Below, one piece after another: positions 58,385-60,968 of a DNA stretch of 60,968 nt. Each line of letters begins with the position of its first letter. Within the stretch, counting starts at the first letter, position 1. Origin of the DNA: Pseudomonadota bacterium (GTDB taxonomy: Bacteria; Bdellovibrionota_F; JAHFAK01; JBDREC01); the NCBI GenBank assembly GCA_043820105.1, contig JBDREC010000006.1, positions 1 through 60,968 of the forward strand, written 5' to 3'. A model generated the notes under the pieces. The model saw only the letters and a program-made list of their open reading frames with translations. It ran no database searches and was not told where the DNA came from. The position numbers and the translations under genes were made by a program.

Positions 58385-59221
58385 ATGCAAAATATTGAAC
58401 AAAGTATAAAAGCTAAATTAAAAAACATAAGCTCAAGAACAAACATCCCTATTAACACTCTTTTAAACACCTTTTTCTTAGAAAGAATCTTAGTTAGAAT
58501 ATCCAAATCCAGATATCATAAAAATATTATTTTCAAAGGTGGTCTTTGTTTAACAAGAATGATAAAATTAGATAGAGAAACAAAAGATATTGATTTACTC
58601 ATAACAGAATTAAAAAATAATATCCCAAACATTAAAGATATTTTTGAAGATATATCGAGAATCAAACTTAAAGATGGCTGTACCTTTTCAAGTATAAATG
58701 TATCAGAGATGATCTTTGATCATAAAAAATATCCTAGATACAGAGTATCTATTATTGCTAATTGTGGACAAATTAAAAATAAACTTCAGATTGATATTGG
58801 ATTTGGAGATATTGTAAAACCAAATTCTTTTGAAATAGCATTATTACAAGACAAAGAACCAATATTTGAAAAATCTGTTAAGATGTTATCTTATCCCCCA
58901 GAATATATTTTTTCTGAAAAACTTGAGGCAATTATATTTCTAGCAGAAGCTAACAGCAGAATGAAGGATTTTTATGATCTTTATTTATTAATTGAAAGTG
59001 ACATCCTGAATAAAAATTTACTCAAAAAAGCCATAAAGGATACTTTTACAGCAAGAAATACTAAGTTTTCTAAAATTCCAACTGAAAAGGACTTTATCAA
59101 CTCCCTAGAACCAAGATGGCATCCCTTTTTAACTAAAAATAATAAGTCTGATAAATTTCCTAAATTTGAAGACATCATTCATTCAATAAATTCATATCTT
59201 GATATTCTTGATATGGCATAA
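58385..59221 (+). CDS. abiEii: type IV TA nucleotidyltransferase toxin AbiEii
   Basis: FKGG, RETKDID, EKLEAI, SRMKDFYD. Confidence 0.9.
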   Translation: MQNIEQSIKAKLKNISSRTNIPINTLLNTFFLERILVRISKSRYHKNIIFKGGLCLTRMIKLDRETKDIDLLITELKNNIPNIKDIFEDISRIKLKDGCTFSSINVSEMIFDHKKYPRYRVSIIANCGQIKNKLQIDIGFGDIVKPNSFEIALLQDKEPIFEKSVKMLSYPPEYIFSEKLEAIIFLAEANSRMKDFYDLYLLIESDILNKNLLKKAIKDTFTARNTKFSKIPTEKDFINSLEPRWHPFLTKNNKSDKFPKFEDIIHSINSYLDILDMA

Positions 59222-59370
59222 TCCCAGTAAAAACTTTTTCTTTTGCATTTTTCATATATTAAAAGTTCATATTAAATTCGAACCTTCCTTGATTATTTAA
59301 TTCCAGATCATCTTCATGAATAAGGGCTAAAGCCCTAAATTTTATTAATTTTAATTCATGGAGGTTAATC

Positions 59371-59979
59371 ATGAATACAGAAATCACAAACATTCTTTCA
59401 AACCCCTTTGATAAGGATAAAATCAGATCCAAAACAGGTAACTTTGGCGAAGAAATCACCTATGTAGAAGGCTCAGAAATCATCAAACGATTAAATGAGG
59501 CCTTTGAATACAGCTGGAGCTTCAAAATCCAAAGCCATGACATCTTAAATGAGGAAGTAATTGTCATCGGCATCCTCAAAGCAGGCAAAGAAATCAAACA
59601 ACAGTTTGGCACATCCAAAATCACCCGAAAACGCGAAACCAAAGAAGCCATCTCCATTGGTGATGATCTGAAAGCAGCAGCTACTGATTCATTGAAAAAG
59701 TGCGCTACCTTGTTTGGGCTTGCCCTCCACCTTTATGAAACCCCTTCTAAAAATGATGCTGACTATAATGACTCTATCAAAGTCTATAACACAAATGAAG
59801 ACCTTGAAAACCCACGTGACCTGAAAATATCTTTTAAACAGCTATCCTACATCACCAGCCTGGCAAGAGAACACAAAATAAAACTAAAAGACTATTGCCT
59901 GGAACAGTTCAACAAAAAGATCGATGAACTGTCAAAATTCGAAGCCTCTCAGCTCATATCAGAGCTCCTGGCTGCTTAA
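59371..59979 (+). CDS. Rad52/Rad22 (Sak-like) ssDNA-annealing protein
   Basis: TYVEG...IKRLNEAF..SWSF, DLKAAATDSLKKCATLFGLALHLY; GGAGG RBS. Confidence 0.88.
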   Translation: MNTEITNILSNPFDKDKIRSKTGNFGEEITYVEGSEIIKRLNEAFEYSWSFKIQSHDILNEEVIVIGILKAGKEIKQQFGTSKITRKRETKEAISIGDDLKAAATDSLKKCATLFGLALHLYETPSKNDADYNDSIKVYNTNEDLENPRDLKISFKQLSYITSLAREHKIKLKDYCLEQFNKKIDELSKFEASQLISELLAA

Positions 59980-59999
59980 ATATGCCCACAAGGGCATAT

Positions 60000-60070
60000 G
60001 GTATCTGGTATCTGGTATATGGTTAAATTCTCCGTATACCAAATACCTTATACCAAATACCAAATACCAA
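60000..60070. repeat. inverted heptamer arrays (TGGTATC)n / (ATACCAA)n
   Basis: Opposed arrays able to pair as a hairpin between the Rad52 and nuclease genes. Confidence 0.7.
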
Positions 60071-60089
60071 TTTTATGAAAGGAAACACT

Positions 60090-60908
60090 ATGAAAAATTT
60101 AGAAAACCTAAACTCACTTGTTGATAAACACACGTTTAACTCAGCAAGAGAACTCCCCCACCTTTCCAAAAGCATGATTAACACCTTCTTAATCTGCCCA
60201 AAGAAATATTATCTCTACTATGAACTAAAACTTAATCCAGAATTCGTGCCCGAGTCCCTGGTCTTTGGCTCAGCCATCCACAGAGCTGTCGCCGAGCTCT
60301 ACTTAAACCTAAAAGAAAAAGGAGAAAAACTACCCAAAGAAGAATTAATAGATTACTTTCTCTCAGACTGGAAAATAATCTCAAATTCTGGACAAATCAA
60401 ATACCGTGAGAAATCTTCTCCTGATATTTTAAAAGAAAAAGGCATAAATATGCTCACCCTATTCCATGATGAAATAAAACCCAGAAAAATCATCGCAGTT
60501 GAAGAAGCCTTTGTGGTTAGCACTTGTGACAAACCTCTTGTTGGAATATTTGATCTATTGGAATCAGATGAAAATGGATGCATCATTGTTTCAGAACTAA
60601 AAACCTCAGCCAAGCGCTGGTATGATATAGCTGATAATGGAATAATAGATTCAGCTATCTATTCCTGGGCCTTATCAAAAATCTTTGAAGAAAAAGAAAA
60701 CCAGCTCATAAGATTCGATATCCTAACAAAAACCAAAGAACCAAGCTTTGATCAACTCTACACCACCCAATCACAATTTGAAATCCTGGAAACAGATAAA
60801 TTCATCACCCAAATATCACAAGCCATAGATTCTAAAATCTTCTATGCCCGCAAAGGCTGGCAATGCAAAGAATGTCCTTTTAAAACAGCCTGTGAGGAGG
60901 TATGCTAA
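60090..60908 (+). CDS. PD-(D/E)XK RecB-like exonuclease with four-Cys Fe-S staple
   Basis: HLSKS...CPKKY, FGSAIH, GIFDL, ELKT, CKECPFKTAC. Confidence 0.88.
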   Translation: MKNLENLNSLVDKHTFNSARELPHLSKSMINTFLICPKKYYLYYELKLNPEFVPESLVFGSAIHRAVAELYLNLKEKGEKLPKEELIDYFLSDWKIISNSGQIKYREKSSPDILKEKGINMLTLFHDEIKPRKIIAVEEAFVVSTCDKPLVGIFDLLESDENGCIIVSELKTSAKRWYDIADNGIIDSAIYSWALSKIFEEKENQLIRFDILTKTKEPSFDQLYTTQSQFEILETDKFITQISQAIDSKIFYARKGWQCKECPFKTACEEVC

Positions 60909-60968
60909 TGATCAAAGAATTTATAAAAAATGAAATTGAAGGCTTTAAGCTATTCTTTCTTGATATAA
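60908..60968 (+). CDS. 5' end of the next gene (partial)
   Basis: TAATG overlap with the nuclease gene; open to the window end. Confidence 0.45.
   Translation, partial: MIKEFIKNEIEGFKLFFLDI

Larger units (their letters stand above)
37109..60968. mobile_element. integrative element at the tRNA-Leu 3' end; right boundary not seen in the window
   Basis: Integrase + excisionase adjacent to the tRNA; Rep with iterons, second recombinase, TA pair and recombination genes; no housekeeping genes; no attR copy found. Confidence 0.8.

Noticed and set aside
3074-60613. Numerous short ORF-track entries overlapping longer genes (e.g. 3599..3898, 4265..4597, 30321..30734, 31939..32316, 49580..49882)
   Set aside because: They are antisense or off-frame shadows of well-supported genes, without RBS or motifs.
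60090-60908. Cas4 / CRISPR adaptation gene
   Set aside because: No cas1/cas2 or array; the context beside Rad52 favours a mobile-element exonuclease.

Overview
AT-rich chromosomal window from a diderm bacterium (Mla/MCE system, outer-membrane protein, type IV pilin genes), probably anaerobic and from a poorly characterised lineage; taxonomy cannot be fixed from sequence alone. Positions 1-37.1 kb are mostly housekeeping and metabolic genes: tRNA-Ser, tRNA-Thr, tRNA-Leu, pruA, fused NfnAB, rdgB, tyrS, argF with an ArcE-like arginine synthetase, a RimK/RLAN ligase, MlaFED, archaeal-type gatE-gatD and an NTT-like nucleotide transporter. This part is dotted with 6-8 bp tandem repeats and decayed genes. 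Three dispersed paralogous small ORFs in the first 10 kb have a YxxPx(L/I) leader and 6-7 regularly spaced CxxG motifs, and look like RiPP precursors with no complete maturase gene in the window. From 37.1 kb to the window end is an integrative element inserted at tRNA-Leu. It carries integrase/excisionase, an ABC transporter plus two-component module with candidate sigma54 promoters, two secreted proteases, and a lambda-O-like Rep with internal iterons. It also carries an unusual operon (YdjM-hydrolase/membrane-fusion fusion, half-TolC-like protein, membrane-anchored ATPase), a second tyrosine recombinase, three promoter-like hairpins resembling ssDNA promoters, an AbiE toxin-antitoxin pair and a Rad52/PD-(D/E)XK recombination pair. 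All family assignments come from motifs read by eye; no searches were run.
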